Shown here one piece after another: positions 32,234 to 41,791 of a stretch of 64,000 nt of DNA. Under the pieces are notes generated by a model, which was not told where the DNA came from, did no database searches, and saw nothing but the letters and a program-made list of their open reading frames with translations. The stretch's first letter is position 1; every line of letters starts with the position of its first letter. The stretch is taken from IMG/VR virus record IMGVR_UViG_3300027747_002427. One strand, written 5' to 3'. Position numbers and translations under genes: made by a program. This DNA comes from a virus. Lineage: Duplodnaviria > Caudoviricetes.

Positions 32234-33613
32234 TTATATTCCGAAAACAACTAATGAAATATTTGTTGAATCCACATAACCAGAAGTCACTGCATTCTTA
32301 GCTGGTGGTGATACTCTAGTAGCTGTTATAGTAACATCTGTATTTGCTTGAGAATTTACACTTAAAATGGCTGTATCCGGTGTTGTAGAAGGATCATTAC
32401 AATTACCAACAGCTGCATATAAATTATCTGATCTATCATGTCTGAATGATACCTTCCATTGTCCGGTGCCAAGTTTTGATATACCATCCACGTTAAAACA
32501 AGAACGTATACCAAAGCTATTAAATGTATAAGCATTACCTGTTAACACTCTTGAATCTGCTGCATTACCGTTTAATAATGTAAATTGTGCGGTATTAGTT
32601 GCCGTGTCAATACTAGTTATTCTTATAGGTTCTTGATTATAAATGCCTGGTGCTGAGATGTAAAAGGTTACACCAACATCTGTTGCAGCCCATTTAATAG
32701 TACCAATACTAGCTTGCCATTGACCATTTGGTGACCCAGCTGTTAAACTAATTTGATCTCCAGAAACACCATTAGCTTGAGCACCTACAGCCTTTTTAAC
32801 TGTCACATTACCCGATGAGGTACCGTAAACTTTTCTAGGAACTTTGACTCGAAAGACATTATTATTTATTTTTGTTGCTATGTAATTACCAGCTACAAAA
32901 ACCTGACTATTATTAAATGTTTGATATTGTTGTACGTATACTCTATTTTGTAATATTTTATTAGTAGGTACCGTAACAACAGCACCAGCAAAATATTGTA
33001 TATTAGAAAGATTAACTGTATTGCCAGTAGCTATCCCGTGATTAGGACAATTTATTTCTATTGTTTGATCACCAGCATTACCAGCAACATCTGTAAATCC
33101 AGCTGTTCGCACCTCTGGAGCATATCCAGTTCCGGATGTTACTCTTGCTCCGTTAAAATTAACCCAAGCATCTGCTATTCTATCCTGAACAGCTTCTGTT
33201 GAATCTCCGTTTTTTAATTCAGAATAACCAATACTATTCGGTTGAATAATATCGGCTGAAATAAGACCAGGAGCACATAAACTTGCGTCAATAGTACCCG
33301 GAGCAATCATGTTTCGAGTTATGAATGCTCCAGCTTGTAATTGTATAGTTAAAGTGTTAGTGCCTTGTATAAGGTCTATTCCAAACCCTTCTAATATAGT
33401 ATTAAAGATAAGTTTTGTTCTATCAGGGGATAAAGAACTGAATATAGGTATTCCATCACCAAGACTAGCAGCATCGGTGATACCTGAAAATTGTTTTACA
33501 AATGTATCACCATTTACTTTGTAGGTGGTGTCTCCATTTACTTTTATAAAAGTATCTGCATTTGAAATTTTTGAATTATCTAATGGTAGATCTGTGATTC
33601 TTACTCCGGGCAT
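32234..33613 (-). CDS. Tail fibre-like protein sharing the N-terminal adaptor of the 9571-14381 paralogs
   Basis: MPGVRITDLP...DTFIKVNGDTTYKV N-terminus; ADAWVNFNG...SCFNVDGISKLGTGQW fibre-tip motif. Confidence 0.65.
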   Translation of the reverse strand: MPGVRITDLPLDNSKISNADTFIKVNGDTTYKVNGDTFVKQFSGITDAASLGDGIPIFSSLSPDRTKLIFNTILEGFGIDLIQGTNTLTIQLQAGAFITRNMIAPGTIDASLCAPGLISADIIQPNSIGYSELKNGDSTEAVQDRIADAWVNFNGARVTSGTGYAPEVRTAGFTDVAGNAGDQTIEINCPNHGIATGNTVNLSNIQYFAGAVVTVPTNKILQNRVYVQQYQTFNNSQVFVAGNYIATKINNNVFRVKVPRKVYGTSSGNVTVKKAVGAQANGVSGDQISLTAGSPNGQWQASIGTIKWAATDVGVTFYISAPGIYNQEPIRITSIDTATNTAQFTLLNGNAADSRVLTGNAYTFNSFGIRSCFNVDGISKLGTGQWKVSFRHDRSDNLYAAVGNCNDPSTTPDTAILSVNSQANTDVTITATRVSPPAKNAVTSGYVDSTNISLVVFGI

Positions 33614-33635
33614 AATTTTATTTTATATATTTACA

Positions 33636-33941
33636 CTATATGAGCAAATTGTAAGTGTAAATCTCCTCATACGCATCCGGTCTAATTGTCCTGCTGTTAA
33701 TATCAATTAATAATCCTATATCTGTAAATGGATCATATAAAGGAGAATCTCCTGGAAATTCTTGTATAAGAAAGAATTGATCGGCTACCTCGTCTAATGC
33801 TAATAAATCCAAAGCAGTTTCTACAGCTACATTCTTTTTAGCTATACATCCAGCAGCTATATTATTATACACTGGAAAACTTCCTAAGATGGTATTAAGC
33901 GACTTACGATAAGAATTATAAATGGTAATATTAGGATCCAT
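33636..33941 (-). CDS. Hypothetical protein
   Basis: 101-aa ORF with TAAATA upstream on the minus strand. Confidence 0.55.
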   Translation of the reverse strand: MDPNITIYNSYRKSLNTILGSFPVYNNIAAGCIAKKNVAVETALDLLALDEVADQFFLIQEFPGDSPLYDPFTDIGLLIDINSRTIRPDAYEEIYTYNLLI

Positions 33942-33988
33942 CTTAAAATATTTATTGAAAAGGTCTTAATTTATGTTAAATTAAATAT

Positions 33989-34750
33989 ATGTTCAATAAA
34001 AAGGTCTTAATTAAATTTATAGCTGAAACCAAAGAATTTTTAGAAATAGCACCTAAACCAGAACCCAGCTCTCGCAATACCCCAGTTTGGTTTAAGAATA
34101 CTCCCTCTTATATAGACGATAAAAAAGGTATAGACTCTTATAGCGACCCTAATAGCACTATTAAGAAATGTATGCCAGTAGTAGATGCTATGACTTCTGG
34201 GTATCATATATTATTACCCTGTGATGTTTGGGTGTATAATGAAGGACAAGATAAGATAAAATTCCAATGGGCATGGGAAGATTTAGAAATAATATCTGGA
34301 ACTAGAAAGGAACAACACAATTTATATCCTACTCCAGATGGTTTTTATTCTACAGTATTTAAATGGATTAATCATTGGATAACCAAAACCCCAAAGGGAT
34401 GGTCTTGTTTGTTTACTCATCCTTTACATTATGATGATCTACCGTTTAAATGTTTAACCTCTATGGTTGACACAGACAAGTATCCTTCTCCAGTCCATTT
34501 CCCTTTCTTTCTCAGAAAGGATTTCAGCGGTTTGATTCCTAAAGGAACTCCTATTATGCAAGTGATACCTTTTAAGAGAGAACACTTTAAGTCTCAATTC
34601 TCTTATGATAGAGGACAATTCAAAAGACTTTGGGACAAGGCTCATACAGAATTCTTTGATAGATATTTAAAGAATTTTAGAACTCCTAAAAACTTTGAAC
34701 AAGGAGAAGTTGCTAAATGTCCATTTGCTTTTATGCATAAGGACAAGTAA
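33989..34750 (+). CDS. Conserved phage protein, probable dUTPase-like beta fold (DUF6065-like)
   Basis: KKCMPVVDAMTSGY...TPKGWSCLFTHP...VDTDKY...IPKGTPIMQVIPFKRE pattern. Confidence 0.5.
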   Translation: MFNKKVLIKFIAETKEFLEIAPKPEPSSRNTPVWFKNTPSYIDDKKGIDSYSDPNSTIKKCMPVVDAMTSGYHILLPCDVWVYNEGQDKIKFQWAWEDLEIISGTRKEQHNLYPTPDGFYSTVFKWINHWITKTPKGWSCLFTHPLHYDDLPFKCLTSMVDTDKYPSPVHFPFFLRKDFSGLIPKGTPIMQVIPFKREHFKSQFSYDRGQFKRLWDKAHTEFFDRYLKNFRTPKNFEQGEVAKCPFAFMHKDK

Positions 34751-34759
34751 GTATCTTAA

Positions 34760-34951
34760 ATGGACTCTTACACAAGTAATCCTATATCACCGGTTCAAAC
34801 CGGCTTTGAAGCTAATGTAAATAAAAGTATAGCTGGTAATGTAACTGTAGAATTACCCACACCTAGTGTACCCCTCCATAAGAAAAAAGTTTCGGAGATT
34901 GCTGATTGTATAGAAAGAATAGTAAATCTTTTAACGAAAATCAAGAATTAA
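34760..34951 (+). CDS. Hypothetical protein
   Basis: 63-aa ORF with TAAGTA upstream. Confidence 0.5.
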   Translation: MDSYTSNPISPVQTGFEANVNKSIAGNVTVELPTPSVPLHKKKVSEIADCIERIVNLLTKIKN

Positions 34952-34956
34952 ATTTA

Positions 34957-35145
34957 ATGCAAAAACAAACCATAATAATACCAATACCAAGAAAGCCTAG
35001 CTTTGCTCAAAGAGAAGCATATATCAATGTAGAGATTGATAAGATTCAAAGAGATTTAATTTCAAAAGGCTTTAAACCTATTTCTTTTGAAGTTAATAGC
35101 AAGACGGATCAAAGAGCTAGTGTTACCTTTTATTTTCAAAAGTAG
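34957..35145 (+). CDS. Hypothetical protein
   Basis: ATG 34957 just after the previous stop is preferred to the track start 34906. Confidence 0.5.
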   Translation: MQKQTIIIPIPRKPSFAQREAYINVEIDKIQRDLISKGFKPISFEVNSKTDQRASVTFYFQK

Positions 35146-35183
35146 TTGACTTTGGTATACATTGACCTATTATTATAGGTCTT

Positions 35184-35624
35184 ATGAAATACACAAATGC
35201 AACATCAATTTGGTTTGGAAGTTTATCTTATACAAGTAATCTTCTTTCAAAGGTTATTCTTTGTAGCAAAACTCTAGTAGACTTTAGTCGCTGGTGTGAT
35301 ATCAATGCTAACCTAGCAGAAGATGAAGATTCTTTAATCTCAGCAGACTATTGGAATGGTTCAGAGAATGACATTATTAATATCTTTAGAGAGATAAATC
35401 ATCTTTCAGAAGAAGGACACGGATATCATGGCAAGTATCTATTAAAGCGTTTAAGCTTCTTAGCTAAAGAAGGTTTGAACCTTGCAGAAGGAATAGACTT
35501 CCTAAAATACCGTAAGCTTAGTGAAGATGAAGTAAATTCGGTTATCCTTTCTTCTAAGAAGTTTCGTAAGCCTCGCGTCTCTAAGAGAGATGCAAAGGGT
35601 AAATTTACATCTAAAAAGAAATAA
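35184..35624 (+). CDS. Hypothetical protein with basic tail (RDAKGKFTSKKK)
   Basis: 146-aa ORF with TTGACT promoter-like sequence upstream. Confidence 0.55.
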   Translation: MKYTNATSIWFGSLSYTSNLLSKVILCSKTLVDFSRWCDINANLAEDEDSLISADYWNGSENDIINIFREINHLSEEGHGYHGKYLLKRLSFLAKEGLNLAEGIDFLKYRKLSEDEVNSVILSSKKFRKPRVSKRDAKGKFTSKKK

Positions 35625-35638
35625 TTTTCCCAATTGGC

Positions 35639-35667
35639 TTGAGTTTTCCCAATAATGGGGATATTAT
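35639..35667 (+). promoter_or_regulatory. Early-type sigma70 promoter (cassette family)
   Basis: TTGAGT-17-TATTAT, with the TTTCCC spacer seen in the 50-62 kb array. Confidence 0.65.
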
Positions 35668-35713
35668 TAAGAGGAAGAATAACAACAACACAAACACCTA
35701 ATAAAAAAATAAT

Positions 35714-36523
35714 ATGGACACATACACACTAAACCAAGCAATTCAGATGGCGCCAGCAATCGCCGCAACGGAGCCTTCACCGATCGTTTCAGATCGCTAC
35801 AGCTTCATCAACACCGGAGAGTTCCTCGAGAAGGCAATCGACTCTGGATGGACAATCCGCAACGTTCGTCAGGGCAAGAGCCGTTACGGAATGCATAAGG
35901 TAGACCTCATCCAGACCCAACACAAAGACAGCAGTCTTGTTGGTGAGGGTATGCCTCAGATCAGCATCATCAATAGCCACGACCGCTCCAAGAGGTTCCA
36001 GGTTATGATGGGCTTCTTCCGTTTGGTTTGTTCTAACGGTCTTGTGGTTGCCACAGGAGCTAACCTTAATATCCGAGCAATGCATCGCTTCGGTGATGAT
36101 AAGCTCTCCACGCTCATGAGCACTATGGAGCAGGGCATCAAGCAGTTCAGCGTCATCGGACAGAAGGTTGAGCAGTTCCGAGATCGTATCCTCTCTCAGG
36201 AAGAGAAGAACGCTCTTGCGCGCTTCGCTCACTACATCAGGTTCCGCTATCGCCAGAACCTTCCTACCTCCATCAAGCCAGATGCACTCCTCGGAGTTCG
36301 TCGGGATGTTGATCAGGGTAATGATCTCTGGAGGGTTTACAATACCATTCAGGAGAACATGACTCACGGTGGTCATAACCTCGGACGAGGTCTCACCCGT
36401 CTCGAAGACGACACTCGGTTCAATAGTGAGTTCTGGGTCGGTGCAGAGTCCGCTCTCACAACTCGCGGAGCAGATTTCGAAAGGACCCTCAAGACCCTCT
36501 TCCCTAAGAAGGAGAGGGCTTAA
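35714..36523 (+). CDS. DUF932/DUF945 family protein
   Basis: SDRYSFINT...NSHDRS...GFFRLVCSNGLVV...DLWRVYNTIQEN pattern; GC-richer codons than its neighbours. Confidence 0.75.
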   Translation: MDTYTLNQAIQMAPAIAATEPSPIVSDRYSFINTGEFLEKAIDSGWTIRNVRQGKSRYGMHKVDLIQTQHKDSSLVGEGMPQISIINSHDRSKRFQVMMGFFRLVCSNGLVVATGANLNIRAMHRFGDDKLSTLMSTMEQGIKQFSVIGQKVEQFRDRILSQEEKNALARFAHYIRFRYRQNLPTSIKPDALLGVRRDVDQGNDLWRVYNTIQENMTHGGHNLGRGLTRLEDDTRFNSEFWVGAESALTTRGADFERTLKTLFPKKERA

Positions 36524-36527
36524 TCAT

Positions 36528-36659
36528 ATGGCAGGCAAAGGATCAAGAGAAAGAACATCAAACCGCAAAGCTTATAACAACAACTTCGACCTTATCAAAA
36601 AAGGTAAGGTCGAAGGGTTCGTTATGGTTAAAGGCGGAAAGCAAATTAAGAAATATTAA
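36528..36659 (+). CDS. Small basic conserved phage protein (MAGKGSR...NFDLI)
   Basis: ATG 36528 just after the previous stop; 43 aa. Confidence 0.5.
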   Translation: MAGKGSRERTSNRKAYNNNFDLIKKGKVEGFVMVKGGKQIKKY

Positions 36660-36664
36660 TAATT

Positions 36665-36778
36665 TGACTAGGGTGCGAGTTCTGAAAGCTAAAGAACTTC
36701 CGCAACAGGTGATAGCGAAGCATAGTATACGATGAACGTGTAGCCTGTCCGAAGTACCACCAAAGTATTTCCTAGTCA
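36665..36778 (+). ncRNA. Candidate structured RNA (multibranch, ~115 nt; strand not established)
   Basis: TGACTAGG/CCTAGTCA closing stem enclosing TGCG-AGTTCT/AGAACT-CGCA and ACAGG/CCTGT stems; intergenic. Confidence 0.45.
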
Positions 36779-36793
36779 TCAATTTTTAAAAAA

Positions 36794-37189
36794 ATGAACA
36801 TCAAAGTAAGAATCAACAATGTAGAGTTTAGAAATAACTGTAACATTAATCCATCTATTGATAACGGAGAGTTTATTGTGTGGTCACCTAATGAAAGATA
36901 TGGTAAGATTCAAGAATATCTTGATAAAGGATATATCAATGAAGGTGATCATCTTCGTAGTCCTAATGGAGCTTATATTTCTTTAAGTCTCTTTGAGCAC
37001 AAGGAAATATGTTGTGTTATTGCTTGGTTAAAATATGATAAGAAGGAAGGATGTTGTACTCTGGAATCAGTTGGTCCTAGACTTTTAGATTTGAATGAAG
37101 AGCAAAAAAAAGATTTTAAAGATTTCTTTGAAGTATATGCAATTGCTGAAAAGAAGATGATTGAAGTAAACAACCCTAAAGAAGACTAA
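36794..37189 (+). CDS. Hypothetical protein
   Basis: 131-aa ORF. Confidence 0.55.
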   Translation: MNIKVRINNVEFRNNCNINPSIDNGEFIVWSPNERYGKIQEYLDKGYINEGDHLRSPNGAYISLSLFEHKEICCVIAWLKYDKKEGCCTLESVGPRLLDLNEEQKKDFKDFFEVYAIAEKKMIEVNNPKED

Positions 37190-37190
37190 T

Positions 37191-37442
37191 ATGTACAAAA
37201 AAGATTATAAGATAGGCTCATTTAAGTTTCTTAAAGAAGGTAGTTCATTTAACTATGCTCAAGTCTCTAATAAGAAAGGAGAAGTTATTTATATCTTTCT
37301 TGACCCTAGAGATGATACTTGGTACTTTCTTCATAATGAAAACACATTTTTTAATGTAGTAAATTTGAATAAGTTTGTTGAAGGGCCTTACTATCAATAC
37401 AAGAAGGATCAAGTGGCAAAAGAAGCTTTAGAAGAGTTTTAA
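37191..37442 (+). CDS. Hypothetical protein
   Basis: 83-aa ORF with TAATATG coupling to the previous stop. Confidence 0.55.
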   Translation: MYKKDYKIGSFKFLKEGSSFNYAQVSNKKGEVIYIFLDPRDDTWYFLHNENTFFNVVNLNKFVEGPYYQYKKDQVAKEALEEF

Positions 37443-37451
37443 TTTAAGATT

Positions 37452-37652
37452 ATGGAGACTAGAACTGTATCATTACTCAAAGCTATCTCTTATAGAATCC
37501 TTGGCTCTATAACTACCTTCCTCGCTTGTTTCTTCTTTACTGGTAAGCCTTTTATTTCATTAGGAGTATCTGTATTTGACTTCTTTGCAAAAACTATTCT
37601 ATACTATGTACACGAAAGAGCTTGGGAGCATATAAAGAAAAAATATAGTTGA
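37452..37652 (+). CDS. DUF2061-like small membrane protein
   Basis: SLLKAISYRILGSITT...KTILYYVHERAW pattern. Confidence 0.7.
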   Translation: METRTVSLLKAISYRILGSITTFLACFFFTGKPFISLGVSVFDFFAKTILYYVHERAWEHIKKKYS

Positions 37653-37686
37653 GTATCCACATTTAAATCTATAATATATTTAAATC

Positions 37687-38397
37687 ATGAAGAACATATA
37701 CAAATTAATCTTATTCGTAGCAATTATTAGCCTTTCAGCTTGTGCTTATTATCCGGGTCCTATAGACGCAGGGTATGGAGTAGTGGGTGGAGGAGGATAT
37801 CCTGTGTATGCTGGTGGATATCAAGGTTATAGTGGAGGTTATTATCCAGTTTACAATGGTATGGGATGGGGAGGTTATAACTATGGTGGAGGCTCGGGAA
37901 GCGGTTCAGGTAATAGCCTATTTGGTTGGAATAATGGTAATAACGGAAATGTTACAGTTAATAACACTTATACCGGAGGAAGTTATACAGGTCCTAGCAA
38001 TAATGGTAATACTACCTATAACAGAACAACGACAGCTACAGGTGGTACCACAACGGCTACAGCCGCGACAGTGAATCCTAGCGCATCTTATCAAGGTCGT
38101 GGTATGAATGGTGCCGGGTCATATCAAAGCAGAGCAATGAATGGTGGAGGGGGCATGGGTGGATCTTATCAAGGAAGAAGTATGAATGGTGGAGGGGGCA
38201 TGGGTGCATCATATCAAGGTCGTGGTATGGGCGGAGGAGGCATGGGTGGATCTTATCAAGGAAGAAGTATGGGTGGTATGGGCGGAGGAGGCATGGGCGG
38301 ATCTTATCAAGGAAGAAGTATGGGTGGTATGGGCGGAGGTGGAATGCGAGGCGGTATGGGTGGTGGAGGGGGAATGCATGGAGGCAGAGGAATGTAA
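37687..38397 (+). CDS. Lipoprotein with Gly/Met-rich low-complexity repeats
   Basis: Signal peptide with lipobox LSAC; about six SYQ(G/S)R(S/G/A)M(N/G)G repeats. Confidence 0.7.
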   Translation: MKNIYKLILFVAIISLSACAYYPGPIDAGYGVVGGGGYPVYAGGYQGYSGGYYPVYNGMGWGGYNYGGGSGSGSGNSLFGWNNGNNGNVTVNNTYTGGSYTGPSNNGNTTYNRTTTATGGTTTATAATVNPSASYQGRGMNGAGSYQSRAMNGGGGMGGSYQGRSMNGGGGMGASYQGRGMGGGGMGGSYQGRSMGGMGGGGMGGSYQGRSMGGMGGGGMRGGMGGGGGMHGGRGM

Positions 38398-38541
38398 TGT
38401 TTGAAAAATTAAAATATTACTTTTGGTTGACTTATTATTTTATTAAAAACGGTCCAGAGATCATTTATCTTTTGATTTATAAAGAGTATCTTTATATTCG
38501 ATTAATGATTATGAATTTATTTGATCTGTGATAAATATATA

Positions 38542-39513
38542 GTGACTCAAAGGTTTAATATTATAACAGATAAGCTTCTTAATGAAGCAAGAGCTTTAGA
38601 ACTCACTCCAGAAGAGAATGCTCAAGTGTTAAAAGCTTTAGATGAGTATAAAGAAGCAACAGCATGGATGGATGAAATAGGAATAAATCCTAAAAAGATT
38701 ACTAAGTCTCAAATAAAAGAATTGTCCCAATATAGAATAAACAATAAACCCATAGTATTTAAAGAAGTTAAAGTAGGTCCGGACAAATATCACGGAGTAC
38801 AACTTAGTAATATTAAATTTAAAGATCGTAAGAAGAAAGAAGGATATCAAAATACTAATGCTTTAGTATTCGTCAATTATGACAATCCTTTAGAAGACCT
38901 TTCAGCAATTATATACGAAGTAGATAGAGGAGCTGGAGTCAATCAACCAGTAATCGTTATTAATAATGATTATGTAGGTGGTAAGATGAAAGACCTTTAT
39001 GCTTTAATATCTCACGAGTTACTTCACGGAGTCCAAAAGTATAAGGAAAAGACCAAAGAATATGAACAAGCTATAGAAGATATTCGTAATAATTTAGAAT
39101 GGGATCGAGTAGATTATTATACAGACCCAGGAGAATTAGAAGTTCAAATAGGTGAAGTGGTTGGTAACGTTCGCCATTTCATGGAGAATGAATATCGCAA
39201 GTATCAACAAATAAACAAGACAGAAGGTTATCCAGAAAAGGGTTGGGCTGCTAGACGTAATCTTATTTTAGATGAACTTAAAGCATTCTTTAGTTCTCCT
39301 CCAGAAAATTATTTTGAATATAAAAATCTTAAGATACCTCAGTATCTTAAACGTAGCCAAGAGTTCTTAGAGACAATAGTTGGTCTCTATGGTGCTTCCA
39401 AAGAGACAGAAAAAGGTTTTGAGAAGAAGGAATGGGAAGGCCCTTGGAGAAGATTACAAAGGGCTCTCCATAGTGTATACGAGGAGTTGCAACAAAAGTA
39501 TCCAGTTAAATAG
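38542..39513 (+). CDS. Zincin-like (HEXXH) metallopeptidase-domain protein
   Basis: HELLHGVQ followed by DYYTDPGELEVQ. GTG start 38542 after TAAATA is preferred to the TTG at 38521. Confidence 0.6.
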   Translation: MTQRFNIITDKLLNEARALELTPEENAQVLKALDEYKEATAWMDEIGINPKKITKSQIKELSQYRINNKPIVFKEVKVGPDKYHGVQLSNIKFKDRKKKEGYQNTNALVFVNYDNPLEDLSAIIYEVDRGAGVNQPVIVINNDYVGGKMKDLYALISHELLHGVQKYKEKTKEYEQAIEDIRNNLEWDRVDYYTDPGELEVQIGEVVGNVRHFMENEYRKYQQINKTEGYPEKGWAARRNLILDELKAFFSSPPENYFEYKNLKIPQYLKRSQEFLETIVGLYGASKETEKGFEKKEWEGPWRRLQRALHSVYEELQQKYPVK

Positions 39514-39549
39514 TATTTTTTATTATCCTTATACTTCATAAGTATAAGT

Positions 39550-39963
39550 GTGAAGGCTTCAAAGTCTAAAGAATACATTCAGGAAAAGGTTTTAAAAGAT
39601 TTCCAGAATGCTGCTAAAAAGTTTTATGAAGAAACTGAAAAAGAATATTTGGATGACCTTCGTAATAAAATGCGAGATGGTACAATAGATATTATTAATA
39701 GAAGTGTTAGTGAAATATCTATTGAATATGCAGAACAGTATCAAGATTATATAAAGAATTCCAAAAAGCTAGAAACCTTTATTAAAAATTACGTTAATGA
39801 TACTTTTGATTTGATATGTGATAGTCTTAGTGAAGACTTAATAGAACAGGAAGAAGCAGAAGAAGCTTTCTTAACTCTTAAACATATATTGACCGCCGGA
39901 AAGATTCATATAGACGAAGAGACTAAGATAAAAACAAAAAGACCTTCTAGAAAAAGAGATTGA
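39550..39963 (+). CDS. Hypothetical acidic protein
   Basis: 137-aa ORF, GTG start, TAAGTA upstream. Confidence 0.55.
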   Translation: MKASKSKEYIQEKVLKDFQNAAKKFYEETEKEYLDDLRNKMRDGTIDIINRSVSEISIEYAEQYQDYIKNSKKLETFIKNYVNDTFDLICDSLSEDLIEQEEAEEAFLTLKHILTAGKIHIDEETKIKTKRPSRKRD

Positions 39964-39994
39964 TTTATTATTATAATATAATATTATATTAATA

Positions 39995-40207
39995 ATGAAA
40001 CACATAACTTATATTGTATATTGCATTTGCATGTATAGTTTGACTTTTCTACCTTTCTTTTACGTTATTTTTTGGAGAAATGCCAATCCGTGGTGGTTCC
40101 TATTAGCAGCGTTTATGGCTAATATGGTTTCTTCACCATCAGCTTGGGGTCTTACAGAACAATCCAAACAAGAAAAATTAATAATAACAGAAGATGACCC
40201 AAAATAA
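39995..40207 (+). CDS. Small two-TM membrane protein
   Basis: Hydrophobic 70-aa ORF; TTGATT/TATTAT promoter ending 7 nt before the ATG. Confidence 0.55.
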   Translation: MKHITYIVYCICMYSLTFLPFFYVIFWRNANPWWFLLAAFMANMVSSPSAWGLTEQSKQEKLIITEDDPK

Positions 40208-40358
40208 CTTTGGATCGTTTGGACAAGAATCTAGCTTTAGTAATGAAGATTCTAAGGCACTTGATAGATGGTATCAAGAATATAGAAGAAAGGTTTTAAA
40301 TCTCCCTAAAGAATATAAACCTAAACGTAAAAAGAGATCGGGCAATTCCAAATATTAA
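40194..40358 (+). CDS. Hypothetical 54-aa protein (not in track)
   Basis: MTQNNFG...KRKKRSGNSKY; fills the gap between its neighbours. Confidence 0.45.
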   Translation: MTQNNFGSFGQESSFSNEDSKALDRWYQEYRRKVLNLPKEYKPKRKKRSGNSKY

Positions 40359-40376
40359 TCTTTAATATATTTGGAT

Positions 40377-40631
40377 ATGAATTGCAGAACCTGTTGTAAC
40401 CCAATTGAAACGGAGCGTCTCATGATTCTCCCTAATACCGTTGTTTGTGCTGCTTGTGCGCAGAAACATAATTTTGTTAAACCTCGATTAGGTAGAATGG
40501 TATTCGGCCATAAAACCGGAGCAGAGATACAAATTATGTCTCAACAATCTTTTAAAGAAACTAAGATGTATTATGAGCCTATTGGTTCAAGGTCTGCTGT
40601 AAAGAATTTCTCTAAGAACATTTGTGCATGA
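40377..40631 (+). CDS. DksA/TraR-type C4 zinc-finger protein
   Basis: CRTCCNPIETERLMILPNTVVCAAC matches the CxxC...IxxxRL...P...CxxC pattern. Confidence 0.65.
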   Translation: MNCRTCCNPIETERLMILPNTVVCAACAQKHNFVKPRLGRMVFGHKTGAEIQIMSQQSFKETKMYYEPIGSRSAVKNFSKNICA

Positions 40632-40855
40632 GCCGATACGTTGTACAACGATGGTCAGGAGCTGCTTGGTATGATTCTATGTGCTCTCCTTATGATACCA
40701 TGGGAGAAGTTAAAAAACATTTAAAAGATTATTCTTGGCATTATACCGAAGAAAATCCTTGTAGAATTAAAGATTATAAACCTAAAAAAGTTCAAAAGTA
40801 TTCTCCCAAATATAATTGGAATACCGACGAAGGAATAGTTATACAAAATCATTAA
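40628..40855 (+). CDS. Hypothetical protein
   Basis: ATGA overlap with the previous stop. Confidence 0.5.
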   Translation: MSRYVVQRWSGAAWYDSMCSPYDTMGEVKKHLKDYSWHYTEENPCRIKDYKPKKVQKYSPKYNWNTDEGIVIQNH

Positions 40856-40886
40856 ATTTGCGACCGTAAAAGGGAGTAAGTATATA

Positions 40887-41102
40887 GTGCACTCTGTTGA
40901 TCAACTTACGGTTAAATGGATGGGATTTTATAAAACTCCCGACGAAGCTCAAAGTGTGCTAGAAGATAAAACTAAAAGAGTAAGTGAAGGGTTTAATATA
41001 GTTTCTTCTTCAAAGCAATTAATAGATAACAATTCATTGTCTAAAAAGGATCTTTTACTTTTTAAATTTACAATAGTTAAAGCAGTCAAAGAGGGTAAGT
41101 AA
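40887..41102 (+). CDS. Hypothetical protein
   Basis: GTG start after TAAGTA. Confidence 0.45.
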   Translation: MHSVDQLTVKWMGFYKTPDEAQSVLEDKTKRVSEGFNIVSSSKQLIDNNSLSKKDLLLFKFTIVKAVKEGK

Positions 41103-41108
41103 TAGATA

Positions 41109-41483
41109 ATGAACGAGAAAGATATCAATTTAATTGCCGAAGCTTACAGTAAAGTAGGCATAGTACAAGAATCATTTAACTATATGGATCTTGCTAAGGA
41201 AGTTCTCCATGCAGCTGAAGAGCACATCAATGATGGTGTTAGACATACATTTGCCGAGATTTGGTCTGGAAGCAAAGAATATGATATGGTTTTAGATCGT
41301 TATGTAGAAGACTTAAGGGAATTGGTTGATGTGGCAGAAAACCTTAAGAAAGGTGATATGGAAAAGGTTAAGAGACTTTATAAAGGTTTGGATATGACTG
41401 TTAAAGATCATCTTCCAAAGTCTTTTATTTCATTAGCTGATAATCTTTCATTGTCAGAAGTTCCAGAAAAATCCGAGGAGTAA
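41109..41483 (+). CDS. Hypothetical protein with leader MNEKDINLIAEAY (candidate head-packaged protein)
   Basis: TAAGTA ends 7 nt upstream; leader motif shared with other ORFs. Confidence 0.55.
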   Translation: MNEKDINLIAEAYSKVGIVQESFNYMDLAKEVLHAAEEHINDGVRHTFAEIWSGSKEYDMVLDRYVEDLRELVDVAENLKKGDMEKVKRLYKGLDMTVKDHLPKSFISLADNLSLSEVPEKSEE

Positions 41484-41485
41484 TC

Positions 41486-41791
41486 ATGGCTCGCATAGTC
41501 CATTGGGGTGGCCAGGATTATAAAGTCTTAGATGGTCAAAAGTCTTATGGACCATTTGATAAACAAGAAGCTCAAGACTTTCTAAAAGAATTAGAAGATC
41601 TAAATGCTCCAGCCTCTTACGAAGATTTTAAAAAACTATTTGGACCCGTTCAAGCTCAACTTAGAAAAGATGTAGCAGAAAGAGAAGCTGCTAGAGCTGA
41701 AGAAGAAAAGAAAAGAAAAGCAGCTGGCGAAGCTGAATTAAAAAGTCTTTCATTCAAGAGACATTTCTCAGACTCTCAACGTCTTTCCTAA
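41486..41791 (+). CDS. Hypothetical protein
   Basis: 101-aa ORF. Confidence 0.5.
   Translation: MARIVHWGGQDYKVLDGQKSYGPFDKQEAQDFLKELEDLNAPASYEDFKKLFGPVQAQLRKDVAEREAARAEEEKKRKAAGEAELKSLSFKRHFSDSQRLS

Noticed and set aside
36665-36778. Hammerhead ribozyme
   Set aside because: The CUGANGA and GAAA core elements are not present in the required arrangement.
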